Positions 27,219 through 40,475 of a DNA stretch of 64,000 bases are shown piece by piece. The position numbers and the translations under genes were made by a program. Location of the stretch: contig NC_090393.1 in NCBI RefSeq assembly GCF_036365525.1, forward strand, positions 14,232,201 through 14,296,200, in the 5' to 3' direction. Every line of letters starts with the position of its first letter. The first letter of the stretch is position 1. The notes under the pieces are model-generated. The model made no database searches and was not told the DNA's origin. It was given only the letters and a program-made list of their open reading frames with translations. The DNA comes from Heterodontus francisci (taxonomy: Eukaryota).

Positions 27219-27790
27219 TATCAACACCCTTGGGGTTACCATTGACCAGAAACTGAACTGGAGCAGCCATATAAATACTGTGGCTACAAGAGCAGGTCAG
27301 ATACTGGGAATTCTGAGTTGAATAGCTCACCTCCTGACTCCCCACAGCATGTCCACCATCTACAAGGCACAAGTCAAGAGTGTTGAACCACTGCAGTCTG
27401 TGTGGTCTGAGTACACCCACAGTGCTGTTATGGATGGAGTTCCAGGATTTTGACCCAGTGACTGTGAAGGAATGGCAATATAGTTCCAAGTCAGGATGGC
27501 GTGCGGCTTGAGGGGAATTTGCAGGTGGTGGCGTTCCTATGCATCTGCTGCCCTTGTCCTTCTAGGTGGCGGTGGGAAGGTGTTGAAGGAGCCTTGGTGA
27601 GTTGTTGCAATGCATCTTGTAGATGGTACTTACTGCTGCCCCTGTGCATCGGTGGTGGAGGGAGTGAATGTTTGAGGTGATGGATGGGGTGCTGACCAGT
27701 CAGACTGTTTTGTCCTGGATGGTGCCAAGCTTCTTGAGTGTTGTTGGAGCTACACTCATCTAGGCAAGTGGAGAATATTCCATCACACTC
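27219..27790. mobile_element. CR1-clade fragment with internal inversion (+ 27219-27382; - 27383-27790)
   Basis: Both parts align to consecutive segments of the copy at 57140-57690. Confidence 0.7.
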
Positions 27791-28092
27791 CTTTGGCCCC
27801 TCTAATTTAAACTTGAGAAACTATGATGAACGATCAAAGATACCGCCAAGGCGTTGCACTCAATTGTGCATACAAGGATACCCGATTTTCAGTGTGCTAT
27901 CTGATCCAGCAGGTTTATTTCGGGCTGTTTGTGAACAGTGGTGCTGTATTATCAAAGGCTGAGTTTGGCGATGCTGCAACTGCAGAGGGTGCACTTCCCA
28001 TACATGTAGTTGCAGTGCTTGGGATGTCAAAGCCAGCAATGTCCTCGGCAGCTGCCTCCACCAAAGATGGATTAATTGTGGTACACAGACTG

Positions 28093-28444
28093 TGCGGCAC
28101 AGTGGCGCAGTGGTTAGCACCGCAGCCTCACAGCTCCAGGGACCCGGGTTCGATTCCGGGTACTGCCTGTGTGGAGTTTGCAAGTTCTCCCTGTGTCTGC
28201 GTGGGTTTTCTCCGGGTGCTCCGGTTTCCTCCCACAAGCCAAAAGACTTGCAGGTTGATAGGTAAATTGGCCATTATAAATTGTCACTAGTATAGGTAGG
28301 AGGTAGGGAAATATAGGGACAGGTGGGGATGTTTGGTAGGAATATGGGATTAGTGTAGGATTAGTATAAATGGGTGGTTGATGTTCGGCACAGACTCGGT
28401 GGGCCGAAGGGCCTGTTTCAGTGCTGTATCTCTAATCTAATCTA
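28093..28444 (+). mobile_element. HE1-type tRNA-derived SINE
   Basis: GCGGCACAGTGGCGCAGTGGTTAGC (A box), GGGTTCGATTCC (B box), CR1-like 3' end GGGCCGAAGGGCCTGTTTCAGTGCTGTATCTC and (TAATC)n tail. Confidence 0.88.
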
Positions 28445-29130
28445 AGTACCTTGTGCTGAAAGTACTTATTTCTCCCATTAATTATTCTCATAATTGGGGA
28501 ATCTAGAACCAGGGGTCACAAATTCAAAATGACGGAGAAGCCACTTAGGACCGAGATGAGAAGAAATTTCTTTAGTCAGACAGTTGTGAATCTTTTGAAT
28601 TCTCTACCCAGAAGGCTATGGAAGCTCAGTCATTGAGTATGGTACAAGCAGAGATTGACAGATTTCTAAATACCAATGACATAAAGGGATTATGGGGATA
28701 GTGTGGGAAAAAGGAAATTAAGTGGATGATCAGCCATGATTGTATTGAATGGTGGAGCAGGCTCAATGGGCTGAATGGCCTCCTCCTGCTCCTGTGTTCC
28801 TATACATACCCTTTATAACATGGGTGGGATGTGGGGCGGGGTGGGGGGGGAGTAGGGTAGGTGGGGCCTCCAATGCAAAAAGGTTGAGAACCCCTGGTTT
28901 AGGAACAGAAAAAAAGGGTTAGGGTTCCTGCTACTATTTATCATGTAACAACCCCTACCAGAAACATGTGTGAAGAGATGGCCACTATGATGATCTCCAC
29001 AATCAGATTCACTGCGTGTCAGCAGTTATTAAGGCTACTGTCTGTGGAAAATATATCTGGAGAGCAGGGGAAGAGGAGAAAATTGGAGAAAAAATTAACA
29101 AGTTAAGTGTAATAAGTAGAATATGTAATA

Positions 29131-29447
29131 GGGCGGCACAGTGGTTAACACCGCAGCCTCACAGCTCCAGCGACCCGGGTTCAATTCTGGGTACTGCCTG
29201 TGCGGAGTTTGCAAGTTCTCCCTGTGACTGCATGGGTTTCCGGCAGGTGCTCCGGTTTCCTCCCACAGCCAAAGACTTACAGGATGATAGGTAAATTGGC
29301 CATTATAAATTGCCCCTAGTAAGAGAATTGTGGGGATGTGGTAGGAAATATAGGATTAATGTAGGATTAGTATAAATGGGTAGTTGATGGTCAGCACAGA
29401 CTTGGTGGACCAAAGGGCCTGTTTCAGTGCTGTATCACTCTATGACT
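29131..29447 (+). mobile_element. HE1-type SINE
   Basis: Same family as 28093-28444. Confidence 0.85.
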
Positions 29448-29512
29448 CCAATTATATAGAATGAATTTCAGAACTAAAATGGAGATGGTGATTTCAAATG
29501 TCAATTTAATGC

Positions 29513-29861
29513 TTTTGTTTAGTTTAGTTTAGAGATACAGCACTGAAACAGACCCTTCGGCCCACCGAGTCTGTGCCGACCATCAACCGCCCATATACAC
29601 TAATCCTACACTAATCCCATATTCCTACCACATCCCCACCTGTCCCTATATTTCCCTACCACCTACCTATACTAGGGGCAATTTATAATGGCCAATTTAC
29701 CTATCAACCTGCAAGTCTTTTGGCTTGTGGGAGGAAACCGGAGCACCCGGAGAAAACCCACGCAGACACAGGGAGAACTTGCAAACTCCACACAGGCAGT
29801 ACCCAGAATTGAACCCGGGTCGCTGGAGCTGTGAGGCTACGGTGCTAACCACTGCACCACT
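29513..29861 (-). mobile_element. HE1-type SINE
   Basis: Reverse complement of the same family; (TAAAC)n tail. Confidence 0.87.
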
Positions 29862-30119
29862 AATAACTGGCTTCTATATAAATCATCTTTAGTCTTTTTC
29901 ATTGCACAAAACACTCTGCCTGCAGACTAAGATAGAGAATTTGATTTACCCTGATGGTCTGATCAGTGGGTAAATTAATCATCATTCGGAGCCATACTAA
30001 CTATGAAGTTTATAGGTTTAGCCCCTGACCTGTGAGGAATTAGTTGAACTCCACTTGGGTAGAGGTAAGTGCTACAATTGGTCAAGAGTCCCTAGGCTTG
30101 GGCCAGGGGTAGGAAATCA

Positions 30120-30797
30120 GAGAATAACGGAATTGTTACAGAGCAGAAGGAGGCCATTCGGCCCATTGTGTCTGCGGCAGCTCTCCGAATGAGTATTTCA
30201 CCTAGTGTCACATCCTGCCTTCTCCCCGTCCTGCACATTCTTCCTTTTCATATAACTGTCTAATTCCCTTTTGAATGCTTCAGTTGAATCTGCCTCCACC
30301 ACGTCCTCAGGCAGTGCATTCCAGACTTTAACCACTCGCTGCATGAAAACATTTTTCCTCACATCACTTTTGCTTCTTTTACCAAATACTTTAAACCTGT
30401 GCCCTCTCATTCTCGATCCTTTGACGAGTGGGAACAGTTTCTCCTAATCTACTCTGTCCAGAGCCCTCATGATTTTGAATACCTCCATCTACCTCTCCCC
30501 TCAGCCTTCTCTTCTCCAAGGAAACAGTCCCAACTTCTCCAATCTATCTTCATAACTGAAGTTCCTCATCCCTGGAATCATTCCCGTGAATCTTTTCTGC
30601 ACCCTCTCTAACACCTTCACATCCTTCCTAAAGTGTGGCGCCCAGAACAGGACACAATACTCCAGTTGAGGCCGAACTAGTGTCTTATACAAGTTCAACA
30701 TATCCCCCTTGCTCTTGTACTCTATGGCCCTATTAATAAAGACCAGGATAATGTATGCTTTATTAACCGCTCTCTCAACCTGTCCTGCCACCTTCTA
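30120..30797 (-). mobile_element. CR1 3' fragment
   Basis: ORFs 30501..30791 (LYKTLVRPQLEYCV) and 30198..30410. Confidence 0.8.
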
Positions 30798-30801
30798 AGA
30801 C

Positions 30802-30805
30802 ATAT

Positions 30806-30845
<40 letters not shown>
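30802..30845. repeat. (CA)n(TA)n microsatellite
   Basis: Directly visible. Confidence 0.9.
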
Positions 30846-30848
<3 letters not shown>

Positions 30849-31639
30849 CACTTTTGATAAATATCCAATGGCCTCTGTTGCAAGATGCCCAAGTCAGCAC
30901 CTTCAGGGAAAAGATGGGAGGTTTGAGCACAGGAGGAGTTGAGAGATTTTACTGCATGCTGTTTGAACATGCTGTGCCACAGAATAACATATTAATTCTT
31001 CTGTTTCTAACTTTCTGTTATTAATGTGGCTTTAACACTGAGGAAAGGTGACAGTGACAGCACTAGGGATTTCTGTGTCAGTAAAAGCCCCACTACTGCC
31101 CAACATGTAGACGCAAATTCAGTATTGATGTATTGGAAGGCATGTTTATATTACAGATATAAACTTTCACAATATATATATATAATTCCACAATCCTGCA
31201 CTCATAAGGCATGCAAATCAGAAAATTGAGGCTACAATGTTCTAACCCTTGCTCCAATCTTTGCTTCCTTCAAGGTCACTTCCCAAAGGATGAGGGATCA
31301 GAGATTAGCCCTCTTATACCATGTTAGTGTTGGCTGGTACAAAGTCGCCATTTTTGTCTGGCATGTTATGTACCTCATTTACACAATGGTTTGTGCTACC
31401 CCTTTATCACAAGACTCTTTAAAAAAGACACTTGTTTTTCCCTCCCTCCCTACAGGCGCTGACACTTGATGGACTATGATTCCACACATGCAAACCACCT
31501 TCCAGTACCTTGCTGTGGTGAACAGTTCTTCACCTGTGAACTTAGATACTTACTAGCAGGCTAGTCTATCATAAGGTCATCACAGCAGAGCCTGCTCCTG
31601 TCCTTAACTAATATCCACATACATGCACTTTGTACATCT

Positions 31640-34600
31640 TGGCTCCAAACAGCGAGCGGCTGGCCATTCTCCAGCAGCTCCTACTGCTGCTGGAAATATC
31701 CAGGCCGGTCACTCTAGGCAATGACTTCAACTGCATCATTGATGTGGCTGGACAATTCAGCAGGGCTGACTGCAAACTGGACACCATGTAACGGTAAAAG
31801 ACGCCAAGCTGCATGATGTCTTCAGCAACCCTGTAGGCGGAGCACCGTGTAGATACACTTGGTCGAGGCCGGGCTGTCCGTCCATTCCAGGATAGACTTC
31901 CTGTATGTGTCCAGAGCATTCACAATCAATATCCACCGGCATCAAGCCAGTGTTCTTCTCCGAGCACTGCCTCCAACTGGCCGACTGTCACTTTCAGGAA
32001 GACTAGAGGGTTGGTGGGGGGCTTGGAAACTGAACAAGAAACTGTTGACCCCAGAAAACATTGAGGAACTCAACAGGGATTGCAAAAGTTGGAGAACCAT
32101 GAAACCCCTCTTTGATCCCTGATGCACTGGTGGGAAGCGATCAAGATGAATATCAAGAGGTTCTTCATCCTCAAAGGTGTTCAGAAGGTGAGAGAGACAG
32201 AGGGAAATGTCCCGACTCCAGAAAAGCATGCAGAATCTGCTCCTGCTGCAGTCGATGGGGGTCAAGGTCAAGGAGGATCTCCAAGAGGTGAACATAGGAG
32301 CAGGAGTAGGCCATTCAGCCCCTCGAGCCTGCTCTGCCATTCAATACGATCATGTCTGATCATCCACTTCAATGTCTTTTTCCTACACTATCCTCATATG
32401 CCTTTAGGTCATTTGCATTTAGAAATCTGTCAATCTCTGTTTCAAACATACTCAATGACTGAGCTTCCACAGCCCTCTGGGGTAGAGAATTCCAAAGATT
32501 CACAACCCTCTGAGTAAAGAAATTTCTCCTCATCTCGGTCCTAAGTGGCTTCCCCCTTATTTTGAAATTGTGTTCCCTGGTTCTAGACTCCCCAACCAGG
32601 GGAAACATCTTACCTGCATCTACCCTGCCTATCCCTGTAAGTATTTTGTAGGTTTCAATGCGATCACCTCTCATTCTTCGTAACTCTAGAGAATACAGGC
32701 CCAGTTTCCCCAATCTCTCTTCATAGGACAGTCCCGCCATCCCAGTAACAAGTCTAGTAGTGAATCTTTGTTGCACTCCTCTATGGCAATAATATCCGTC
32801 CCAAGGTAAGGGGATCAAAACTGCACACAGTACTCCAGGTGCAGTCTAACCAAGGTTCTACACAATTGAAGCAAGACTTCACTACTCCTGTACTCAAATC
32901 CTCTTGCAATAAAGACTATCATACCAACAGCCTTCCTAATTGCTTGCTGCACCTGCATGTTAGCTTTCAGTGACTTATTGACAAGGACACCCAGGTCCCT
33001 TTGTACACCTACACTTTCTAATCTCTTACCATTTAAGAAATACTCTACATGTCTATTCCTCCTACCAAAGTGGATAAACTCACAGTTTTACACATTATAT
33101 TCCATCTGCCACATTCTTGCTCACTCTCTAAGTCTTTCCAAATCCTCTTGAAGCCACTTTGCAGCTTCCTCACAATACACATTCCCACCTAATTTTGTGT
33201 AATCCACAAACTTGGAAATATTACATTTGGTCCCCACATCCAAATCATTGATATATATAGTGAACAGCTGGGGTCCAAACACTGATCCCTGCGGTACCCC
33301 ACTAGTCACAGCCTGCTAGCGCAAGAATGACCCGTTTATTCTTACTCTCAGTTTTCTGCCTGTTAACCGATCCTTAATCCATGCCAGTGTATTACCTCCC
33401 ATCCCATGTGCTTTAATTTTGCTAAGCAACCTCCTGTGGGGACTTTATCAAAGGTCTTTTGAAAATCCAAGTATACCACATCCACCGACTCCCCTTCAAT
33501 TCTGTTAGTAACATCCTCAATAAACTCCAACAGGTTCGTCAAACATGATTTCCTATTCATAAATCCACATTGACTATGCCCAATCAGATCATTATCCAAG
33601 TGTCCATTTATCACATCTCTTAGAATAGATTCTAGCATTTTCCCAATGACTGAAGTGACTAACAGCTCTGGAATGCCCTGTTTTTTCTCTCCCTCCCTTC
33701 TTAAATAGTGGGGTGACATTTGCAACTTCCAATTTGCAGGAACTGCTCCAGAATCTATAGCATTTTGGAAGATGATCACCAATGCATCGACTATCTCTGT
33801 AGCTTCCTCTTTCAACACTCAGGGATGAAGAATATCAGGTCCTGGGGACGTACCAACCTTCAGCCCCATTAATTTCTCCAATACAACCTTCTTACTAATA
33901 CTAATTTCCTTCAATTCCTCATTCCTCCTAATCCCTTGGATGTTTAATTCTGGGAGATTTCTTGCATCTTTCTCCGTGAAGACAGACACAAAGTAATCAT
34001 TTAGCTACTCTGCCATTTCTCTATTCCCCATTATAAATTCTCCTGACTGTGCCTGTAATGGACCCATATTTGTCTTAGCCAAACATTTCCTTTTTACATT
34101 GCTTTAGAGGTTTTTACAGTCCATTTTTATATTTTTTGCTAGCTTACATTCATATTCTATTCTCCCTTTCTTGATTAGTCTCTTCACCCTCCTTTGCTGT
34201 ATTCTAAAATCCTCCCAATCCTCAGGTTTACTACTATTTCTGGCAACTTTATAGGCCTTTTCTTTTAATCTTATAAAATCCTTAACTTCCTTTGTTATCC
34301 ACAGTTGACTGACTTTACTTGAAGGAATGTATAGTTGCAGTAAACGATGTAATATTTCTTTAAAGATTATCTTTTGCCTATGTACTGTCATACCTTTTAA
34401 TGTATTTTCCCAATCCATTTCAACCAATTTGCCCCTCATACCTTCATAAGTTCCTTTGTTCAAATTTAACACCCTGGCTTCAGATTGAATTACCTCACTT
34501 TCAAACATAAAGTAAAATTCTATCATATTATGGTAAAGAGCCAGCAGGCCTCGCTCTTTGCCGTCTAGAGTCCGCTCCATGGAACAGGATGAGACGTGCT

Positions 34601-37080
34601 CGGGTTTCTTCTTTCAAAAGGTAGAGAGAGAGCTCTAATCAGCAGCCTGAAGGAAGAGGACGGCTCGGTAACATCATTGCAGTCTGACATACTAAGGATC
34701 AGCAAATCCTTCTATGCTGGGCTGCAAGATGTGAAGCCCAGAGACAATATGGCCTCACAGTCCTTCCTGTCCTCTATCATGGAGGTCTTAGATGACAGTA
34801 CATGGGACAATCTGGACAAACCGCTGACTCTGGACGAGCTGACAAAGGCCTTCAGGTCTCTTCAGGTCTTCTGAGATGAGTAAAACGCCCGGAAGCGACA
34901 GCTTACCAGCTGAGTTGTATTCAACTCTGTGGGACTGGATCGGCCCAGACCTGCTGGAAGTGTACGAGAGTACGCTTCTGGCCAGCAGCATGTCAGAATC
35001 CATGAGGAAAAGCATCATTGCCCTCATCTACAAGCGGAAAGGGGAGACGGAGGAAATCAGAAATTAGCGGCCCATCTCACTGCTTAATGCGGACTACAAA
35101 ATTCTGTCCAAAGCCATCACTAATCAGGTCAAGTCTGCTCTGGAATTGGTGATTGACACCCATCAGACCTGTACTGTATCCAGTAGGAAGATCTGATAGC
35201 CCTGCACTACTCAGGGATATGATCGCCCATGTGCAGGACAGGGGGGTGGACACCTGCCTGATCAACTTGGACCAGGAGAAGGCAGATTATCGCACACCTA
35301 CATGATGGACATGCTCTCCAAATCAGGTTTCGGAAGGGAATCCGCAATTAGATCTAGCTGCTCCACACAAACATTAAGAGTGCAGTTTCAATCAATGGGT
35401 GGGAATCAGAAGGTTTTCTGATCAAATCTGGAGTCAGGCAGAGCTGTCTTGGCTCCCCAACCTGTAAGTGTGCTGCACCGAACTTTTTGCTGAGTCCATC
35501 AGGAAGGATATGGTCATAAGAGTGCTGACAATCCCAAGCAGCAGAGGCACTCAGCTCATAGCCTCCCCGAACATGGATTATGTCACTGTCTTCAGCTCGG
35601 ACCTGCTGTCAGTTTGCTGACTGATGGGCATCTGCGACCAGCTCAAACTTGCCTCGGGAGCCAAAGTAAATCATGGAAAGAGTGAGGCCATGTTCTTTGG
35701 GAACTGGGCCAACCGATCCTTTGTTTACTTCACCATCAGGTTAGACTAGCTGAAGATGCTGGGGATATGGTTCGGAAGGGCGGGGGCATGGAAAGAGTGT
35801 GTAGCCATGGTGAAACAAAAACTAGGCATGTGGGAGCAACGCTCCCTCTCCATTGCGGGTAAGAACTTAGTAATTAGGTGCGAGGCGCTCTTGGTGTTGC
35901 TATACGTGGCGCAGGTCTGACCCATAACCCACTCCTGCGCCCTGATGGTCACCCAAGCCATCTTCTGCTTTATCTGGAGATCAAAAATGGACCATGTCCA
36001 CAGGAATACAATGTACAAACCTCCAAATAAAGACCGGAAAAAATGTACCCAATGTTGCCCTCTTCCTGATGGCCACCTTTGTGTGCAGCTGCATAAAGCT
36101 GTGTGTAGTCCCATGGTACACAAACACCAAGTCTCACTAAATGCTGAGGGTCTATATGTCCCTGGTGTTGCGAAGGATGGGTCTGGCCACATTCCCGTGG
36201 AACGCTCCATTCAGTTGGACTGTGCCATACCACCTGTCCCTCATGGAAAAGTTTGTAAAGAAAAACACCTTTCACCACAAGTCCATCAGGCAGTGGTCCG
36301 CATTTAACATCCTGGAGGCCCTGCAGGAAAAGGAGATGGTGGATCCTGCCGGATGGTTCCCCGAGCAGACTGTCAAACTCATTTGGCAGAATGCCTCATT
36401 GCCAGAACTTTCAAACAGTCACCAAGATGAAGCTTGACTGGTGGTGAGAAGGGCATCCCCCGGTCAGGTCCTTCCTGCACACCCAGAGTCTCACCGCCTC
36501 TGCATGCTGTCCTCGAGGTGGCTGCGATGGAAAATAGACTATCAACGATCTCCTACTGGAATGCGCCTTTGAAAAGCAGGTCTGGAAAGAGATGTAGTGG
36601 TTTCTGTCGAGGTTCATCCTGAGCTGCTCCGTAACGCAGGACTCAGTGCTCTATGGGCTGTTCCCAGGAACGCACACCGTGATAAACATCAACTGCTGCT
36701 GGAGGACCATCAATTCCGTGAAACAGACTCTTTGGTCTGCCCAAAACTTGCTGGTCTTCCATTGCAAAGAGATGTTGACGACAGAGTGTCATTCCAAGGT
36801 CCAGGACTACACAGAGTCATTTATGGCCTATAATGGATGCCCATCGAGTCCATGCCAGCTCTTGGCGGAGCAATCCAATCAGTTTCACTCCCCCGCTTGA
36901 TCCCATAGCCCTGCAAATTTATTTGCTGAGGGATGCATTAAAGTTTGAGGCGCCACAAAATCTCAATGGGGAAAGACCACTAATTAAAGCCGTCCTACCA
37001 TAATATACTGAGGAGTTGAAAACTGTTTAAAACCCCTTGGGCTGTATGCACCAGAGAATGTTTAATATGAAATGTAAAAC
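31640..37080 (+). mobile_element. Degenerate Tx1-like (L1 clade) LINE, split by a CR1 insertion
   Basis: APE remnants (LGNDFNCIID, SRIDFLYVS, WKLNKKLL, WWEAIKMNIK). After 34534: KTPGSDSLPAELY, RPISLLNADYKILSK, LDQEKA, GVRQ, and C-terminal LYGLFPGTH. Many stops and frameshifts. Confidence 0.8.
32291..34533 (-). mobile_element. 5'-truncated CR1 LINE inserted into the Tx1-like element
   Basis: ORFs 34104..34580, 33363..33818, 33121..33309 ([10 protein letters not shown]) and 32369..32818; 3' tail at 32291. Confidence 0.9.
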
Positions 37081-37097
37081 TATACTGTAAATATCTA

Positions 37098-37388
37098 TTT
37101 AGAGATACAGCACTGAAACAGGCCCTTCAGCCCACCAAATCTGTGCCAACCAACAACCACCCATTTATACTAACCCTACAGTAATCCCATATTCCCTACC
37201 ACCTACCTACACTAGGAGCAATTTACAATGGCCAACTTACAAGTCTTTGGCTATGGGAGGAAACCGGAGCACCGAGCAAAAACCCACGTGGTCAGAGGGA
37301 GAACTTGCAAACTCCACACAGGCAGTACCCAGAATTGAACCCAGGTCCCTGGAGCTATGAGGCTGTGGTGCTAACCACTGCGCTGCCC
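37098..37388 (-). mobile_element. HE1-type SINE
   Basis: Same family, diverged copy. Confidence 0.83.
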
Positions 37389-38179
37389 CAACCTGTAATG
37401 GCAAGTGTAGTGAGTTGTAAATGCAATTTTTTCTTTTCTTACGTGGCCATATATTGTGTCATAACACTATTGTGCAACATATGTAGTAGCTGTTAAAGAG
37501 TGAAGTGAGATAATAGTTACTCTTTTGGGGAGTAGCTACCAGGTTTGCCTGCAGTCATGTGTGAAAGAGTGGCAAGCAGCATAAGCCTGCTGCATGTTGT
37601 GAGGTAATCCTGTGGCACGCAAACAACAGCCACAGGCTGCCAATTCAAATGTAGATGGCAAGTCCCATGGCAATCTTTCTGGGGCTGATTTTCTGATTTA
37701 CTTTTCTGTTCCGCACATGACATTTTGGACGTGTAAGAGGACAGTGGCCCTTTCAGCCAGCTCTTCCTGTACTGCCGTTCTTGGAGAAAGGGGCGCCCTC
37801 TGCCCCCAAAGAGGCCAAGCTTCCATTTCTGCGCCTGTTCCAGAATCTTTCCAAGGGTGATATCTATCTTCAGAGCCTGCCATTTGATTTCCTCCCTTCT
37901 TCCATCCACAAGCAGGTTTCAACAGTTGCACAGAGGACAAAAAATTATCACTTACCTAATGACAAACTGCTTCCCTAATTGAATCAGGGCACAGGCACAG
38001 CCAACTGCCCACCATGTCCTGTCTCCCTGTCAGCTGGGTCAGGAATCAAAACCTGGAATCACTCTGGATCTGAATAGTTTGGTTACACAATGGATAGAAA
38101 GAAAATAATACTCTTGAGTTTTAAAATAAAAACTTTTTAAAAACTTTCCAAATATTTGATAGGATTCCAACTGCGGGGA

Positions 38180-38518
38180 GGGGGCACAGTGGTGCAGCAA
38201 CTAGCACCGCAGCCTCACAGCTCCAGCAACCCAGGTTCAGTTCTGGGTCCTGTCTGTGCGGAGTTTGCAAGTTCTCCCTGTGACCATATGGGTTTCTGCC
38301 GGGTGCTCCGGTTTCCTCCCACAGCCAAAGACTTGCAGGTTGATAGGTAAATTGGCCATTGTAAATTGCCCCTAGTGTAGGTAGGTGATAGGAGAATGGT
38401 GGGATGTGGTAGGGAATATGGGATTAATGTAGGATTAGCACAAATGGGTGGTTGTTGGTCGGCACAGACTCGGTGAGCCGAAGGGCCTGTTTCAGTGCTT
38501 GTATCTCTCTACGACTAT
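38180..38518 (+). mobile_element. HE1-type SINE
   Basis: Same family. Confidence 0.83.
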
Positions 38519-39175
38519 AACTGCAACAGTTACACCTTCCTAAGAAAAAAAAAATTCTTAAGGCTGCCCTCCCAACCCAAACTCTGATATCTAGTTTATA
38601 GCTGGTGGAGACATAACAAACAAGCCATGTGTGGATGGGGAGTTTGAACCCGCGTAACTGATACAAGCGTCAAATAATTGCACAAATAGATTAATTTCGC
38701 GAAAGTAGACAAAAACGGTATTGTACTAAGACTGCCACGCACAGTAATGTACGTTTGTATAGATGTATACTTTGTTCAATACTTTGTGACCGAACAGGAG
38801 ATACTGTTGCCAATGATACACACTCGTGTCAATTTCATGTGATATCGACAAAACCATTTGCAATCTCGTTTGCGATTACTCGTCTAGACTCGGAAACAAG
38901 GCTGTTAAAAAAAAATAACAGATGGCCTAATATTCCCATCCCAGCGAAATAAATAATTTAAAGGCAGCGAAAGAAAAAGACAAAACTGGACAGCAAAAAA
39001 GCCTACCCCCCCCCCCCCCCAAAACAAAAATAAAACTGCACCTTTTATTTCCAACTGAGCGGTCAAATATGACAATTTCCAGGACTCAGGTGAATTTTGC
39101 AAAAACATTTCTGCGTTCCAGCTCTGCATTGGCGAAATGATGATGAAAGGTTCAGCGGAAAAAAAAAATACTCAC

Positions 39176-39400
39176 AAGCAACCATCTGTAACAGGCGGAG
39201 CCGCAAATCTGGATCAGCGAAAAGGGCAGGACAGATGGGAGGACAGGGTGGAGGGTCCGATAAACACACACACAGTGGGAGTGCTAATTGGGAGATAAAA
39301 GCAAGGTATGCACTTGTATTCCTGGCTCCTGGGATCTTGCTTCGACCGCTCTCTATACTCTTTTATCTTTGATCGCACTGACGTCAGGAGTCGCAGGTGG
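39176..39400 (-). promoter_or_regulatory. Probable SLC7A4 promoter / non-coding first exon
   Basis: Locally CpG-enriched non-repeat segment. Minus-strand donor GCTT|GTGAGT (GT at 39175-39174); palindromic CRE TGACGTCA at 39379-39386. The first coding exon has an acceptor, so an upstream exon is implied. Assignment is inference. Confidence 0.5.
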
Positions 39401-40475
39401 AGAGAAGGAAATTGGGAGAGGGAGGGAGGGAAGGGAAAAACGAATAGAGAGTTGTAGAGAAAGAGCGAGAGAGATGGGAGAGGACAGAGAGAGAGAGTGG
39501 ACCGCGAGTGAAAAAGGTGGAAGGAAAATGGCACTGGGTTTGGTTGGAAGCCAAGGACAAAGGTTTGGAGGTCAGCACGAAAGATGACATATAGCACCAG
39601 AGGAGTCTTAGAGAATTCGACAGACTTTCAGACTCAGAAGAGTGCTAAAGAACACGTCAGGGATTAAACCTGAGGGTTTTCAGCTTTATACGGTGCTCTC
39701 GCACGATAGGGATCAAACACTTCAGCCCCTGAGCTACCCATAAGGTCGTAAAATACGTAATGCACAGGAGGAGAAACCACATCAAATTTTAAATAGATGA
39801 AAGACACAGTAGCGGAAAAAAGGGATGAGAGCCATTTTATAAAATGCGGACTCGTACAGAGGAAAAACATCCAGAAAAGGTTTGGGCTCCAAGAATTAGC
39901 CTACAAGGATTAAATGTAATATCTGTTGATATCGTATTTATTACAAATATATTGTTCTAGCTATAATACCCTTGTCTGGAGATATAATACTGCATGATTT
40001 TTCAACTGGAATTGATATCCAATGTTACAGAAAAATCTTAACCGTTCATTTGAATCTTTGCGAAAGAGTTTAAAATTGACATTGACACTGGAAATGACCC
40101 AGAAATTGCTGGAGCAAAGTTGGAGCCAACGGCGTGAATTGGATTTTTTAGATCATAGTTTTTTTATGGAAGTGAGAATTGGGAACGGCGCAGTCGGGGC
40201 AACAGGGCATCTAGAATCAAGTCCAACAGTCTATCTCCTCAATCAATGAAACGCAAGGATTGAGCGAGAGAGGGAAATCTGTAGGCACATTGCTGAGAAG
40301 TGGAAAAACAATAGGGCAGCAATAAGAAGGGATATCAACTACCCTAACATTAACTGGGATAAAATCAAAGTAAAGGGTATAGAGGGTGCAGAATTCTTAA
40401 AATGCATTTCGGGGAACTGTATTTTTGCCAATAGGTAACAAAAAACAAGGGAAGGGGCAGTTCTGGATTTATTTT

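Noticed and set aside
28093-28170. tRNA-like A/B boxes here and in the other SINE heads
   Set aside because: They continue into SINE bodies and LINE-derived tails; they are not tRNA genes.
27823-28290. 155-aa ORF and similar ORFs at 29016, 38156 and 46054 sharing a peptide
   Set aside because: The shared peptide is simply translated SINE sequence.
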